Shown here: positions 40,292-50,350 of the stretch, piece by piece
Position numbering within the stretch: the stretch's first letter is position 1
How the letters are laid out: the number at the start of each line of letters is the position of its first letter
Assembly: GCA_017505745.1 (NCBI GenBank)
Contig: JAFVOP010000018.1
Coordinates: 1-53,266 of the forward strand
DNA: 53,266 bases
Direction of reading: 5' to 3'
DNA from: Clostridia bacterium
GTDB lineage: Bacteria; Bacillota; Clostridia; Oscillospirales; CAG-272
The notes under the pieces: generated by a model
The model's database searches: none
Told to the model about the DNA's origin: nothing
What the model saw: only the letters and a program-made list of their open reading frames with translations
Made by a program: the position numbers and the translations under genes

Positions 40292-40531
40292 ATGGCAAGC
40301 TTTTCCTATATAAAAAAGCTGAGAGATCTGCGGGAGGACCATGATAAAACACAACAGGAGATTGCAGATATTCTTGGAACGTCACAAACCATGTATGCGA
40401 GATACGAGCGAGGCGCAAACGAACTGCCGATCCACCATTTGATCACATTATGTCAATACTACGAAGTCAGCGCGGACTATATTTTAGATCTGCAAAAAAA
40501 CAGAAAAGAAAAGCCGTCGCGTAGAGTATAA
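40292..40531 (+). CDS. Small XRE-family HTH regulator
   Basis: LRDLREDHDKTQQEIADILGTSQTMYARYERG; GGAGG RBS. Confidence 0.92.
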   Translation: MASFSYIKKLRDLREDHDKTQQEIADILGTSQTMYARYERGANELPIHHLITLCQYYEVSADYILDLQKNRKEKPSRRV

Positions 40532-40597
40532 ATATTGACTTTTCTCTATTTTTATGTTAAAATAGGATCACTTTGAAAATGAAAAGGAGAGTTTCTT

Positions 40598-41968
40598 ATG
40601 AAGCACTGCATCCGTTGGCTGTCTTTTTTACTGACCTTTGTGTTGTTGCTGGGTGCCGTTTCTTGTACGCCTGCCGAAAATGACCCGAAGGAAACCGAAT
40701 CCAAATCCGAGACAGAAACCGAAACTGAGACTGAAACCGAAACGGAGACCGAAACCGATACGGAAACCGAAACCGAAGAGGAACCGCTGAAAGAGATTGA
40801 GGCTACCGAAAGCTCGATCACGGTGGAATTGAAGTGGCATCGGGGATATATCGGATCCCGCGAGCACGCAACCTCCCCCCTTGCCATTGCCGATGGCGAG
40901 GAGATGTATTCCTACTCCGATGTGTTCTGCATCAAAAAAGCAGGAACCACCGTTCAGTTTTTGGATGATAACCGATTTGCCGGTGAAAACAAAGGAAATG
41001 CCGAGGATGATATCTTGGTGCTTTCTCCCTGGGTGGAACAGGACGGCGAATGGGTGTACGACCGCTTCGGACCCTCCTATGCAGGCTCCTCCGCAAAGAA
41101 TTCCGACATTGTAACCTATCAGAACGGCAACATCCTGTATTCCTACACCACAACCTACGATAACGAATGCTTCCGCATTTGCTATCATTCGGGAGAGACC
41201 GAGAGCTTTCAACCCGCCGAGCACATCAAGGTAACCGCTACGCTGACCGGAAGCGCGGGCACGGCACGGTCCTTCTTTTCCGAGATCCAATGGGCAAAGG
41301 AAAGCGCCGCAACCTCCTACTATCCGATTTTGGAGGACCTTACCGTAAACGCCATCGGAGACAGCTACATTGCCCCCAGCACTACCGAAATCAAATGGCC
41401 CGAGCTCATGCGCCAGAAGTATTTCCTCGATCTGACCAATAAAGGCATTGGCGGTTGTACCGTTTCCAACTATATCACCAACAAAAATCCGATGTGCGAC
41501 CGCTACTCCGCAATGCCCAATAATACCCCCGACATCGTGATTATTGAGGGTGGCAGAAACGATTTTAACTATAAGGTACCGATCGGCTCAGTGGACAGCC
41601 GCGATACCAAGACCTATATCGGCGCGCTCAACGTGATTACGGACGGGCTGAAAGCAAAATACCCCAACGCTATGTTTGTGTTTGTGAGCGTATGGAACTT
41701 CCCCGACAAGGATGGCTTTCCCCTCACCCACAAGGACTACGTCAACGCGATGAAGGCCGTTGCCGAGGCGCACGGAGCCTATTTCTTTGATTCCTCCGAC
41801 GTTTCCCTGACCAGTGTGGACATGAGCAACCCCGTATTCCGAAAGCTTTATTGCCGCAATCCCGACGACCCCAGCCATCTCAACGACGCCGGCTCCAAGC
41901 TCTTCTTCCCCAACATCGAAAAGGCGCTGGCCGAGTTCTATACCGATTTTCTCAGCAAGCAATCCTGA
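40598..41968 (+). CDS. Lipoprotein with C-terminal SGNH/GDSL hydrolase domain
   Basis: Lipobox AVSC, (ET)n linker, AIGDSY, EGGRND, DPSH. Confidence 0.85.
   Translation: MKHCIRWLSFLLTFVLLLGAVSCTPAENDPKETESKSETETETETETETETETDTETETEEEPLKEIEATESSITVELKWHRGYIGSREHATSPLAIADGEEMYSYSDVFCIKKAGTTVQFLDDNRFAGENKGNAEDDILVLSPWVEQDGEWVYDRFGPSYAGSSAKNSDIVTYQNGNILYSYTTTYDNECFRICYHSGETESFQPAEHIKVTATLTGSAGTARSFFSEIQWAKESAATSYYPILEDLTVNAIGDSYIAPSTTEIKWPELMRQKYFLDLTNKGIGGCTVSNYITNKNPMCDRYSAMPNNTPDIVIIEGGRNDFNYKVPIGSVDSRDTKTYIGALNVITDGLKAKYPNAMFVFVSVWNFPDKDGFPLTHKDYVNAMKAVAEAHGAYFFDSSDVSLTSVDMSNPVFRKLYCRNPDDPSHLNDAGSKLFFPNIEKALAEFYTDFLSKQS
40691..40780 (+). repeat. Degenerate 6-bp tandem repeat encoding a Glu-Thr linker
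   Basis: GA(A/G)ACN repeats encoding ETETETETETETETDTETET. Confidence 0.85.
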
Positions 41969-41977
41969 AATAATAGT

Positions 41978-42029
41978 GAAAAAAGCAACAAGGCCGAAGA
42001 ACGGATTTCGTTCTTCGGCCTTGTTTTTG
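41978..42029. terminator. Bidirectional intrinsic terminator
   Basis: AACAAGGCCGAAGAACG-GATTT-CGTTCTTCGGCCTTGTT. Confidence 0.8.
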
Positions 42030-42035
42030 ATGGAA

Positions 42036-42884
42036 TTACGCCTTGCCGTTGGAGCCAAACAGAATCATTTTCTCCATAACGGCCTTCTTCATGCTCTCCA
42101 CCTTTTGATTACGGGTTTCGAGATAGCCGTACATGCCGCGAGAACCGTCTCCCGCGCTTGCCTGCATCGCCAACTCCCCTGCCACGCAGAGATCGGTAAA
42201 GATGTTGACCTTGGTAATGCCGTGGCGGATGGTATTTTTGAAATCGTCATCCGAGAGACCCGAGCCGCCGTGCAATACGAGCGGCGTGTCGATTGTGTCG
42301 CGGATCTGCTGCAACCGGCCAATGTCAAGTTTTGGCTTGCTCTTATATGCGCCGTGCGCCGTGCCGATCGCAACGGCCAGTGCATCCATGCCGGTGGCCT
42401 CTACAAAGGCCTTCGCTTCCTCGGGAGTGGTATACATATCCTCCACCTCGTTGTCCGCGGTGTCCGCCTGTCCCACATGCCCGATCTCGCCCTCTACCGT
42501 AGCGCCCCAGGCATGCGCGATCATTACCATCTCGGCGGTTGCCCGGATGTTTTCCTCCACGCCGCCCGCAGAGCCGTCAAACATCAGGCTGGAAAATCCA
42601 AGCTGCAGAGCTTCCATACAGCGTTCATAGGTCAGGCCGTGATCGTAATGCACCACCACCGGCACCGACGCTTTTTTTGCCGCATGTACGATTGAAGGAG
42701 CAATTAAGGACAGTTCCCCGTAAGGAAGCAACACCTCCGCCGTACCCAGAATCACGGGGGAGCGAAGCTCTTCGGCGGCCGAAATCACCGCTTCCAGCAT
42801 ATCGGTATCGGTAGTGTTGAACAGACCAACGCCATAATGATTCTTTTGCGCATCGCGCAACACTTCATTCAGGTTTACAAGCAT
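42036..42884 (-). CDS. fba: Class II fructose/tagatose-bisphosphate aldolase
   Basis: VVVHYDHG, MFDGS, EGEIGHVG, IGTAHG, LVLHGGSG, KVNI. Confidence 0.88.
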   Translation of the reverse strand: MLVNLNEVLRDAQKNHYGVGLFNTTDTDMLEAVISAAEELRSPVILGTAEVLLPYGELSLIAPSIVHAAKKASVPVVVHYDHGLTYERCMEALQLGFSSLMFDGSAGGVEENIRATAEMVMIAHAWGATVEGEIGHVGQADTADNEVEDMYTTPEEAKAFVEATGMDALAVAIGTAHGAYKSKPKLDIGRLQQIRDTIDTPLVLHGGSGLSDDDFKNTIRHGITKVNIFTDLCVAGELAMQASAGDGSRGMYGYLETRNQKVESMKKAVMEKMILFGSNGKA

Positions 42885-42960
42885 GATTTGATTCCTCTTT
42901 TCATTGATTTATCATTTTTATTGAACATTAAACAAACTGAAACAGCGCCAGCCGCTCTGC

Positions 42961-43647
42961 TCATAGCCTCTCGAGCAGGGGAGCGAACTCCTCCAGCGCG
43001 CGGATCTCAAAGTCGGGAACAATATCCTCTCTTCCTGCCAATCCCCTTGGGTTGAACCAACAGGTGCGGATCCCTGCCTGAATACCGCCAAGAATATCCG
43101 ACGTAAGGCTATCCCCAAAAATAATGGCCTTTTCGGGATCAAATCCTGGGATCTCGGCAAAGCAGGCGTCAAAAAACTCCCTTTGCGGCTTGACGTACCC
43201 GATCGCCTCGGAGAAAAAGATCTTTTGAAAGAGCGGCGTGATCCCCGCGCTTTTTACACGCCCGTTCTGCACTGCGGTGGTGCCGTTGGAGACCAGATAA
43301 AGCTCGTATTGTGCGGCGAGATCGGCCAGCATCTGCTCGGCACCGGGTAGAAAATAATGTCCGATCGCCAAGCGGGTTTCATAGTAAACTCTTGCCTCCT
43401 CGGCCGAGCAATCCACACCAAGCTCTTCCAAAAAGAGTTGGAAGCGGCGAAGCTTGACCTGCTCACGCGTCAGCTCCCCCTTCTCCAAAAGCTTCCACTG
43501 CGCGTCGTTGATCACACTGTAACGGGCCACCCGCCCGTCACTCGGCGCAATTCCAAAATGGCGCAGCGTATCCTTGAGCGCCTCAGCCTCGGCCTTGTGA
43601 AAATCCAGGATCGTATCATCCAGATCCAGTAATACATACCGTATCAT
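42961..43647 (-). CDS. YjjG-family HAD nucleotidase
   Basis: DLDDTILDF, SNG, KP, GDSLTSDI. Confidence 0.9.
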   Translation of the reverse strand: MIRYVLLDLDDTILDFHKAEAEALKDTLRHFGIAPSDGRVARYSVINDAQWKLLEKGELTREQVKLRRFQLFLEELGVDCSAEEARVYYETRLAIGHYFLPGAEQMLADLAAQYELYLVSNGTTAVQNGRVKSAGITPLFQKIFFSEAIGYVKPQREFFDACFAEIPGFDPEKAIIFGDSLTSDILGGIQAGIRTCWFNPRGLAGREDIVPDFEIRALEEFAPLLERL

Positions 43648-43662
43648 ATCATTTGAGTTCCT

Positions 43663-46600
43663 TTACTTCAAAATCACGTTTTCTTCGCCCAAAAGCGCGC
43701 GAAGGTCCCGAAGAACGTAGTCGCTGACCGCAACTCCGTGTGGCGTTACCTCATAGCGCTTTTCATCCGCGAAGAAGAAATAGGTGGGAAATGTTCCGTC
43801 AAAAAGCTCAACCAGATTCAATGCCTTATGATACACCTCGCCCCGCATGTCGGGAACGCGCAGGAAAAGACGGCGCGGCGCGGCTTGCGGCGCGGCAGGC
43901 ACCTCTTCCCGCTTGGGAGAGACCGACTCCTCGCCCCGTGCGATCCTTGGAGCATGCTGCTCCTTGCGGAAGCGACTGTTTTCCACCAAGGGCTCGAGGC
44001 GGTTGATCAGAATCTTCGGTGGCTCGTCCTCGCGCAGAGAGACCGTTCCTTCGATCAGAAGCGCACTGTCGAGACGGATCAGATGCGCGTTTTCGGCGTA
44101 TTGCCGCGCAAACGCGATGCATTCGATCTCCGCCATGCGGTCCTCCACGGTGAAAAACGCCATACGGTCGCCGTTTTTGGTGTTTTTTGTGGTCACGGCA
44201 GTTACAATTCCGGCTACGCAGATTCGCGAACGCTCCACCGGATCGGCCTCATCACTGACGTATTCGGAAATCGGCGTGGGATCCAGCAGCTCCAGGTGCT
44301 TGGAATACTCGTCGAGCATCTGCCCCGAGAAATACATCCCCGTTGCTTCCTTTTCCATCAGAAGCTTTTCGCGTACCCCCAGCTCGGGAATATCGGGATA
44401 CTTGCATGCAGGCGCCTGCTCGGCGGCTCCAAAGGAAGAAAACATATCAAGCTGACCGTCCAGGTTGTTCCGCTTTTTTTCCACCGCGCGCTCGATGCGA
44501 TCCTCATAGACCGCGAGCAAGCGACTGCGATACACACCAAGCCGATCAAAGGTTCCGGCCTTGAGCAATGCCTCGACCATGCGCTTGTTGAGCTCTCCCG
44601 CCGGCATGCGGTTGATGAAATCCTCAAAGGAGGAAAAGGGGCCGTGCTGACGCTCGTCGAGGATCTGCTGCAAAAACTTCTTTCCCACGTTTTTGAGCGC
44701 CAAGAGTCCAAACCGGATGTCTTTGCCACTGATTGAAAAATGCATGCGGCTCTCATTGATATCGGGGGGCAGCACGCGGATACCGCGAGCAGCGCATTCG
44801 GCAATATATTCGGCCACCTTGGTCTGATTTCCAAGCACACTGGTCAGGAGTGCCGAAAGAAAGGCGTGCGGATAGTGGCATTTGAGATAGGCCGTGCGAT
44901 AGGAGATCATGGCGTAGGCCGCCGCGTGGGATTTGTTGAAGGCGTAGTTCGCAAAGCTCTCCATATCGGAAAAGAGCGCGGCCGCCGCTCCCTCGTCGAT
45001 TCCACGCTCCCGCGCGCCGGTAACAAAGGCCTCCCGCTCGGAAAGCAACACGTCGGCCTTCTTTTTGGACATTGCGCGACGCACCACGTCGGCGTGCCCA
45101 AAGCTATATCCCGCAATCTCGCGGAAAATGCTCATGACCTGCTCCTGGTAGACCACACATCCGTAGGTTGATTTCAGGATCGGTTCCAGCTGTGGAATGG
45201 CATAGGTCACTTTTTCGGGGTGATGGCGACACTCGATAAAACGCGGGATCGAATCCATCGGACCGGGACGGTAGAGCGCGATCGCGGCAATGACATCGTC
45301 GATCCGCTCGGGTGCAAGATTGATCAGCGTCTGCTTCATTCCTCCCGATTCGAGCTGAAAGATACCTCCCGTGCGCCCCGAGGAAATGAGGCGGTAGGTG
45401 GCAGCGTCGTCGATTGGGATCTTTTCAATATCAAAGTTGGGATCGCTCTCGCGGATCTGCTTTTGCGCATCGTGCAAAATAGTCAGATAACGAAGAGCCA
45501 AAAAATCAAATTTCAGAAGTCCGAGCTTGGCCACGGTGTCCATATCAAACTGGGTCACCACCGTCCCGTTGCTCACCGAAAGCGGAACGTAATCCGAGAT
45601 CGGCAGGTCGGTGATCACCACACCCGCGGCATGCACCGAAATATTTCGCGGCATACCCTCCAGCGCCATGGCAGTATCCACCAGGCGGCGCACCTCGGCA
45701 TCGTTTTCGTATTGGTTTTTGAGATCGGGAAGCTTGAGCGCCATCGAAATGGTGATATTGAGCTCCTGCGGAACGGCACGCGCCACCGCGTCCACCGCCT
45801 GATAGGACATTCCCAACGCCCGCCCTACGTCGCGGATCGCCGCGCGTGCGGCAAGCGTACCGAAGGTGATGATCTGCGAGACATGGTCACTTCCGTACTT
45901 CTCGCCCACGTAATCGATCACCTCATCGCGGCGGTTGTAGCAAAAATCGATATCGATATCGGGCATGCTCACACGCTCGGGATTCAGAAAGCGCTCAAAC
46001 AGAAGCTCGTACGCGATCGAATCGACGTCGGTGATCCCCAATGCAAAGGCCACAAGGCTTCCCGCGCCCGAGCCACGCCCGGGGCCTACGGGAATATCCT
46101 TGGATTTGGCGTACGTCACGTAATCCTGCACGATCAGAAAATAATCGTCGTATCCCATCTGATGGATGACCGAAAGCTCGTATTCCATGCGGGAGACGTA
46201 CTCCTCGCGCGTGTGCGCGCCAAACGTCACATGCCCCTTGGCAATGCGGTTTTCCAATCCCGCAAAAGCAAGCCGACGAAGCGTATCGCAGGCTGTTTCG
46301 CCCGCAGGAGTGGGATATTTGGGCAGATAGGTGGTGGAAAAATCGAACTCCACGTTGCACCGCTCGGCAATGCGACGGGTGTTCGCGATCGATTCGGGAT
46401 AAGCGTGAAAGATCATCTCCATCTCATTCGTATCCTTGAGATAGAGCTCGTCGGTAGCAAAGGCCGCAGGACGTCCTGCGCTCACGGGCGTGTCGGTCTG
46501 AATACACATCAGAACCGCTTGCGTTTCGGCATCCCGGCGCCGCAGATAGTGGCAATCGTTGGTAGCCACGAGCGGGAGCCCGCATTCCTCGGCCAGACGC

Positions 46601-47172
46601 ACCAAGGAAGGCAGCACCGCCTTTTGCTCGGCCATGCCGTGATTTTGCAGTTCAATATAGAAGTGATCCTTGCCAAACAGCGCCGCATAGCGGTTGGCCA
46701 CCTCCCGCGCCCCCTCAAAGTCCCCCTTGGAGAGCAGCTTGGGGATCCGTCCACCAAGGCAGGCGGACAGCGCGATAAGACCTTCGCTATGCTTACGCAA
46801 AAGCTCCTCGTCCACGCGCGGCTTGTTGTAAAATCCCTCGGTAAATCCCAGGGATACCATGCGGATCAGATTGCGGTATCCCGTCATATTCTCACATAAC
46901 AGCACCAGGTGATCGGCGTATCCGTCGGAGCCCATCGCGCGGTCAAAACGAGAGCCCGGCGCCACGTAGACCTCGCAGCCGATGATAGGCTTGATTCCCT
47001 CTCGGCGGCAGGCCTCCCAAAACGCCACCACGCCGTACATTGCGCCGTGGTCGGTAATGGCAACGGCCTCCTGGCCGCATTCCTTCACGCGCGCAGGGAT
47101 CTCGGAGATACGGCAGGCTCCGTCCAAAAGACTGTATTCACTGTGCAAATGCAGGTGTACGAATCCGTTCAT
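43663..47172 (-). CDS. dnaE: DNA polymerase III alpha subunit
   Basis: PHP domain HLHLHSEYSLLDG, GRGSGAGS, MPDIDIDF, YAFNKSH, OB fold. Confidence 0.98.
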   Translation of the reverse strand: MNGFVHLHLHSEYSLLDGACRISEIPARVKECGQEAVAITDHGAMYGVVAFWEACRREGIKPIIGCEVYVAPGSRFDRAMGSDGYADHLVLLCENMTGYRNLIRMVSLGFTEGFYNKPRVDEELLRKHSEGLIALSACLGGRIPKLLSKGDFEGAREVANRYAALFGKDHFYIELQNHGMAEQKAVLPSLVRLAEECGLPLVATNDCHYLRRRDAETQAVLMCIQTDTPVSAGRPAAFATDELYLKDTNEMEMIFHAYPESIANTRRIAERCNVEFDFSTTYLPKYPTPAGETACDTLRRLAFAGLENRIAKGHVTFGAHTREEYVSRMEYELSVIHQMGYDDYFLIVQDYVTYAKSKDIPVGPGRGSGAGSLVAFALGITDVDSIAYELLFERFLNPERVSMPDIDIDFCYNRRDEVIDYVGEKYGSDHVSQIITFGTLAARAAIRDVGRALGMSYQAVDAVARAVPQELNITISMALKLPDLKNQYENDAEVRRLVDTAMALEGMPRNISVHAAGVVITDLPISDYVPLSVSNGTVVTQFDMDTVAKLGLLKFDFLALRYLTILHDAQKQIRESDPNFDIEKIPIDDAATYRLISSGRTGGIFQLESGGMKQTLINLAPERIDDVIAAIALYRPGPMDSIPRFIECRHHPEKVTYAIPQLEPILKSTYGCVVYQEQVMSIFREIAGYSFGHADVVRRAMSKKKADVLLSEREAFVTGARERGIDEGAAAALFSDMESFANYAFNKSHAAAYAMISYRTAYLKCHYPHAFLSALLTSVLGNQTKVAEYIAECAARGIRVLPPDINESRMHFSISGKDIRFGLLALKNVGKKFLQQILDERQHGPFSSFEDFINRMPAGELNKRMVEALLKAGTFDRLGVYRSRLLAVYEDRIERAVEKKRNNLDGQLDMFSSFGAAEQAPACKYPDIPELGVREKLLMEKEATGMYFSGQMLDEYSKHLELLDPTPISEYVSDEADPVERSRICVAGIVTAVTTKNTKNGDRMAFFTVEDRMAEIECIAFARQYAENAHLIRLDSALLIEGTVSLREDEPPKILINRLEPLVENSRFRKEQHAPRIARGEESVSPKREEVPAAPQAAPRRLFLRVPDMRGEVYHKALNLVELFDGTFPTYFFFADEKRYEVTPHGVAVSDYVLRDLRALLGEENVILK

Positions 47173-48077
47173 TCCAAAGCCCCCTTTCCGAGAATTCCCT
47201 CGGCCTCCTCCGCCAACTTGCGCAAGCGATGCGTCAGCCCCGATTTAGAGATCGGTGGCTCGTGAAGTGCCACCAGCTCGTCCAACGTCGCGTCGGGATT
47301 GCGATAGCGCACCAAGGCCGTCACGCGCAGTCCCTCGGGAAGCCCCTCAAATTTCCCTGCCTCCATAAGGCAGTTGATGATCTCGATCTGCCGCGTGGCG
47401 GCGGCAATCGATTTTTCAATATTTTTTGCCACACAGTTGGTGGCGCGGTTTTCGTTGTTTCGGATCTCGCGTTCAATGCGACTGTTGATGATCTCAAAGA
47501 TCACGTGCTGGGCGCCCATCAGAGTCACCAGCTCCTCCACGTAGGCGCTCCCCTTGTAATAGATACCCACACTGTCTCCGCGCACGATACGGCGCGGCTC
47601 GTAGCCGCAGGTGCTCAAAAAGCGCGCTAACATCTCCACAGCGCCCTTTTGGGGAAGCGAAAACTCCAAATGAAAGGACTTATGCGGATCACTGACGGTT
47701 CCGCACGCCAAAAACGCACCGCGTAAAAACGCCGAGCGGCACCCCTCGCAGGAAAACGAGAGGATCTTTTCAATGTCCGCCGTCGGCTCGAGAAAGCGGA
47801 ACAGGAGCTTACGGCAGGCAGGTGAGGTAAAGAAGAGATCATAGTAGCGATGCCCGCAACGCCCCGACATCCGGGAATCGGGCACTTTCCCATACTGCTG
47901 ACGGATCATGGACGAGGCAAAGGTGGCAACCACCTCCTGGCGGTAGCGCACGGCAATTTGCTTCTCCTCATTTTCAAAGGCGCACAAAAGGAGCCCCGCC
48001 ATCAGCGCGTGGCGGCAGCACGGATGCTTGATGGGAAGCTCACACAGCTCCTCTCTTACCCGATCGGCAAACGACAC
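47169..48077 (-). CDS. whiA: DNA-binding protein WhiA
   Basis: MSFADRVREEL, FLRGAFLACG, NRATNC..NIEK, SKSGLTHRLRKL. Confidence 0.93.
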   Translation of the reverse strand: MSFADRVREELCELPIKHPCCRHALMAGLLLCAFENEEKQIAVRYRQEVVATFASSMIRQQYGKVPDSRMSGRCGHRYYDLFFTSPACRKLLFRFLEPTADIEKILSFSCEGCRSAFLRGAFLACGTVSDPHKSFHLEFSLPQKGAVEMLARFLSTCGYEPRRIVRGDSVGIYYKGSAYVEELVTLMGAQHVIFEIINSRIEREIRNNENRATNCVAKNIEKSIAAATRQIEIINCLMEAGKFEGLPEGLRVTALVRYRNPDATLDELVALHEPPISKSGLTHRLRKLAEEAEGILGKGALE

Positions 48078-48116
48078 CGCTCTCCCTCCTTTCCTGTCCT
48101 CTTGTTCATTACGTAC

Positions 48117-49022
48117 TCAAAAATCCCCGATGAATCGGATTTCACATTCCAAGCAAACGCCGGTCTCCTGTAGCACGCGCGCACGGACCCGCTCCACCAG
48201 CTCCTGTACGTCCTTTGCCGTTGCTCCGCCGCGGTTGACAATAAATCCCGCATGCTTTTGCGAGACCTCTGCGCCGCCCACACGCGTCCCCTTCAGCCCG
48301 CAGTCCTCGATCAGCTTTCCCGCAAAATAACCCTCGGGACGCTTGAACACACTCCCCGCGCTTGGATATTCGAGCGGTTGCGAGGCCTTGCGCCGCTCCA
48401 TCAGGGCATCCATGACTTGGGCGATCGTACCGCGCTCTCCGGGAGTCAGACAAAGCTCAGCCCCCAGCACGGTATAGCGCGGATCTTTTTCGTAGATACT
48501 GCTTCTGTACGCAAATTCCTGCGCCGCACCTTCCAGCCAGCCGCTCTCTCCGCTTACGCAGTCATAATACTCCGACCGCAAGCAAATATCGGCCATTGAG
48601 CCGCCGTATGCACCGGCGTTCATAAAGATCGCTCCCCCCAGCGTTCCCGGGATTCCGTACAGAAATTCCGCCCCCGTGAGCGCCGCCTCGCGCGCCGCTA
48701 CGGAAACGCGATAGAGCGACGTCCCCGCGCTTGCCAGAATGCGGTTGCCGCTGATCGAAAGCTCCTTCCAGTCGCCCGTGAAGATCACAAGGCCGTCAAA
48801 GCCCCGATCGGAATACACCACGTTACTTCCGTTTCCGGCGAGGAAGAACGGAACGCCAAGCTGCGTGACCTTGTTAAGTACCGCAAGCATCTGCTCTCTC
48901 GTTTTGGGAAAGCACGCGAGCGTTGCATGGCCACCGATATGAAAGCTGCTGTGCGAGGAAAGCAGGCAGTTGGTCTCATATCTCACGCCCGCCGACCCCA
49001 AAAACCGATGCAACTCCTTCAT
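48117..49022 (-). CDS. murB: UDP-N-acetylmuramate dehydrogenase
   Basis: GNGSN, GIPGTLGGAIFMNAGAYG, PSAGSVFKRP, KHAGFIVN. Confidence 0.96.
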   Translation of the reverse strand: MKELHRFLGSAGVRYETNCLLSSHSSFHIGGHATLACFPKTREQMLAVLNKVTQLGVPFFLAGNGSNVVYSDRGFDGLVIFTGDWKELSISGNRILASAGTSLYRVSVAAREAALTGAEFLYGIPGTLGGAIFMNAGAYGGSMADICLRSEYYDCVSGESGWLEGAAQEFAYRSSIYEKDPRYTVLGAELCLTPGERGTIAQVMDALMERRKASQPLEYPSAGSVFKRPEGYFAGKLIEDCGLKGTRVGGAEVSQKHAGFIVNRGGATAKDVQELVERVRARVLQETGVCLECEIRFIGDF

Positions 49023-49195
49023 GCCGTTCCTCCTTGCTTGGTAGTTATTACTATTATACTCTTTTTTTCTGCAAAATGCAATATGAAAATCTCGAAAAAC
49101 CAACAATACCACTTGCAAAAAATATTTTTTTAGTGTATAATAAGATGAATAAGAATGAAAGCCCCTACAATTGCGGCGGAAAGGTTTTGAGCACG

Positions 49196-50350
49196 ATGGA
49201 AACTACGCAAAAAAAACAATTGCATATCGGACTTTTAGGCTTTGGCTCCATGGGAAGAACCCACACCTGGGCGGTCCGTAATCTCCCTTTTTTCTACGGA
49301 GAGCTTCCCTTCTCGGCAACCACCGTTGGCGTTTGCACCACCTCCGAGGAAAAATCGGCACGTGTGGCGAGTGAATTTGGTATCGCTCACGCTACGGCAA
49401 ACGAGGATGACCTGATCTACGATCCCAACATCGACGTCATTGATATCTGCACCCCGAATATCTACCACTACGAAACGCTGAAAAAAGCCATTGCGGCGGG
49501 AAAGCATATCCTTTGCGAAAAACCGCTTTGCATCAGCCAACAGCAGGCCTGTGAGATCCTGGCACTCCAAGCAAAACCCGATCAGGTGCTCGGCATGGTC
49601 TTTAACAACCGTTACCTCTCGCCCGTGATGCGCGCCAAGCAACTCATCGAAGAAGGCAAGCTCGGCAGAATTTTAAGCTTCCGCGCATCCTATCTCCACA
49701 ACAGTGCCACCGACCAAGACCGGCCCGCGGGCTGGAAGCAGGACCGCGACGTTTGCGGCGGAGGCGTTCTGTTTGACCTTGGCTCGCACGTCATTGACCT
49801 GATGTGTCATCTGTGCGGCCCAATCGTGGCGGTGAGCGGGCTCTCGCAGATCGCGTACCCCATCCGGCTTGGACGGGACGGAGCCGAATGGCGCACCAAT
49901 GCCGACGAATCCTTTTCCCTGCTGGCCGTCACCGAGGGCGGTGCGCACGGAACGGTCACGGTAGGAAAGCTGCAGGTGGGCACCAACGACGATCTCGCCT
50001 TTGAGATCTACGGAGAGCGTGGCGCATTGCGCTTTTCGCTCATGGAGCCCAACTGGTTGTATTTTTACGACGGAACGGCACCGAACGAGCCGATTGGCGG
50101 AGAGCGCGGCTTTACCAAAATTGAGTGTGTCGGGCGTTACCCCGATCTGATCTTCCCCTCCCCCAAGGCTCCTGCAGGATGGCTGTACGGACACCTGGCA
50201 AGCATGCACGCCTATCTCTCGGCAGTGGCTTCCCACACCCCGTTCGCGCCCTCGTTTGCCGACGGCGCTTACGTACAGGCCGTGATGGATGCGGCATACC
50301 GCTCCGCGGAGAACCACAGCGTGCTCACGGAGGTATTGCCATGCTTGTAA
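49196..50350 (+). CDS. Gfo/Idh/MocA family oxidoreductase
   Basis: GLLGFGSMG, DICTPN, KHILCEKP, GGGVLFDLGSH. Confidence 0.92.
   Translation: METTQKKQLHIGLLGFGSMGRTHTWAVRNLPFFYGELPFSATTVGVCTTSEEKSARVASEFGIAHATANEDDLIYDPNIDVIDICTPNIYHYETLKKAIAAGKHILCEKPLCISQQQACEILALQAKPDQVLGMVFNNRYLSPVMRAKQLIEEGKLGRILSFRASYLHNSATDQDRPAGWKQDRDVCGGGVLFDLGSHVIDLMCHLCGPIVAVSGLSQIAYPIRLGRDGAEWRTNADESFSLLAVTEGGAHGTVTVGKLQVGTNDDLAFEIYGERGALRFSLMEPNWLYFYDGTAPNEPIGGERGFTKIECVGRYPDLIFPSPKAPAGWLYGHLASMHAYLSAVASHTPFAPSFADGAYVQAVMDAAYRSAENHSVLTEVLPCL

Noticed and set aside
40691-40780. Phase-variable simple sequence repeat
   Set aside because: The 6-bp unit is in frame and varies at synonymous positions, so it is an ordinary Glu-Thr lipoprotein linker.
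43663-47172. Intein or split in dnaE
   Set aside because: Normal length (1169 aa) with continuous motifs and no intein-like block.
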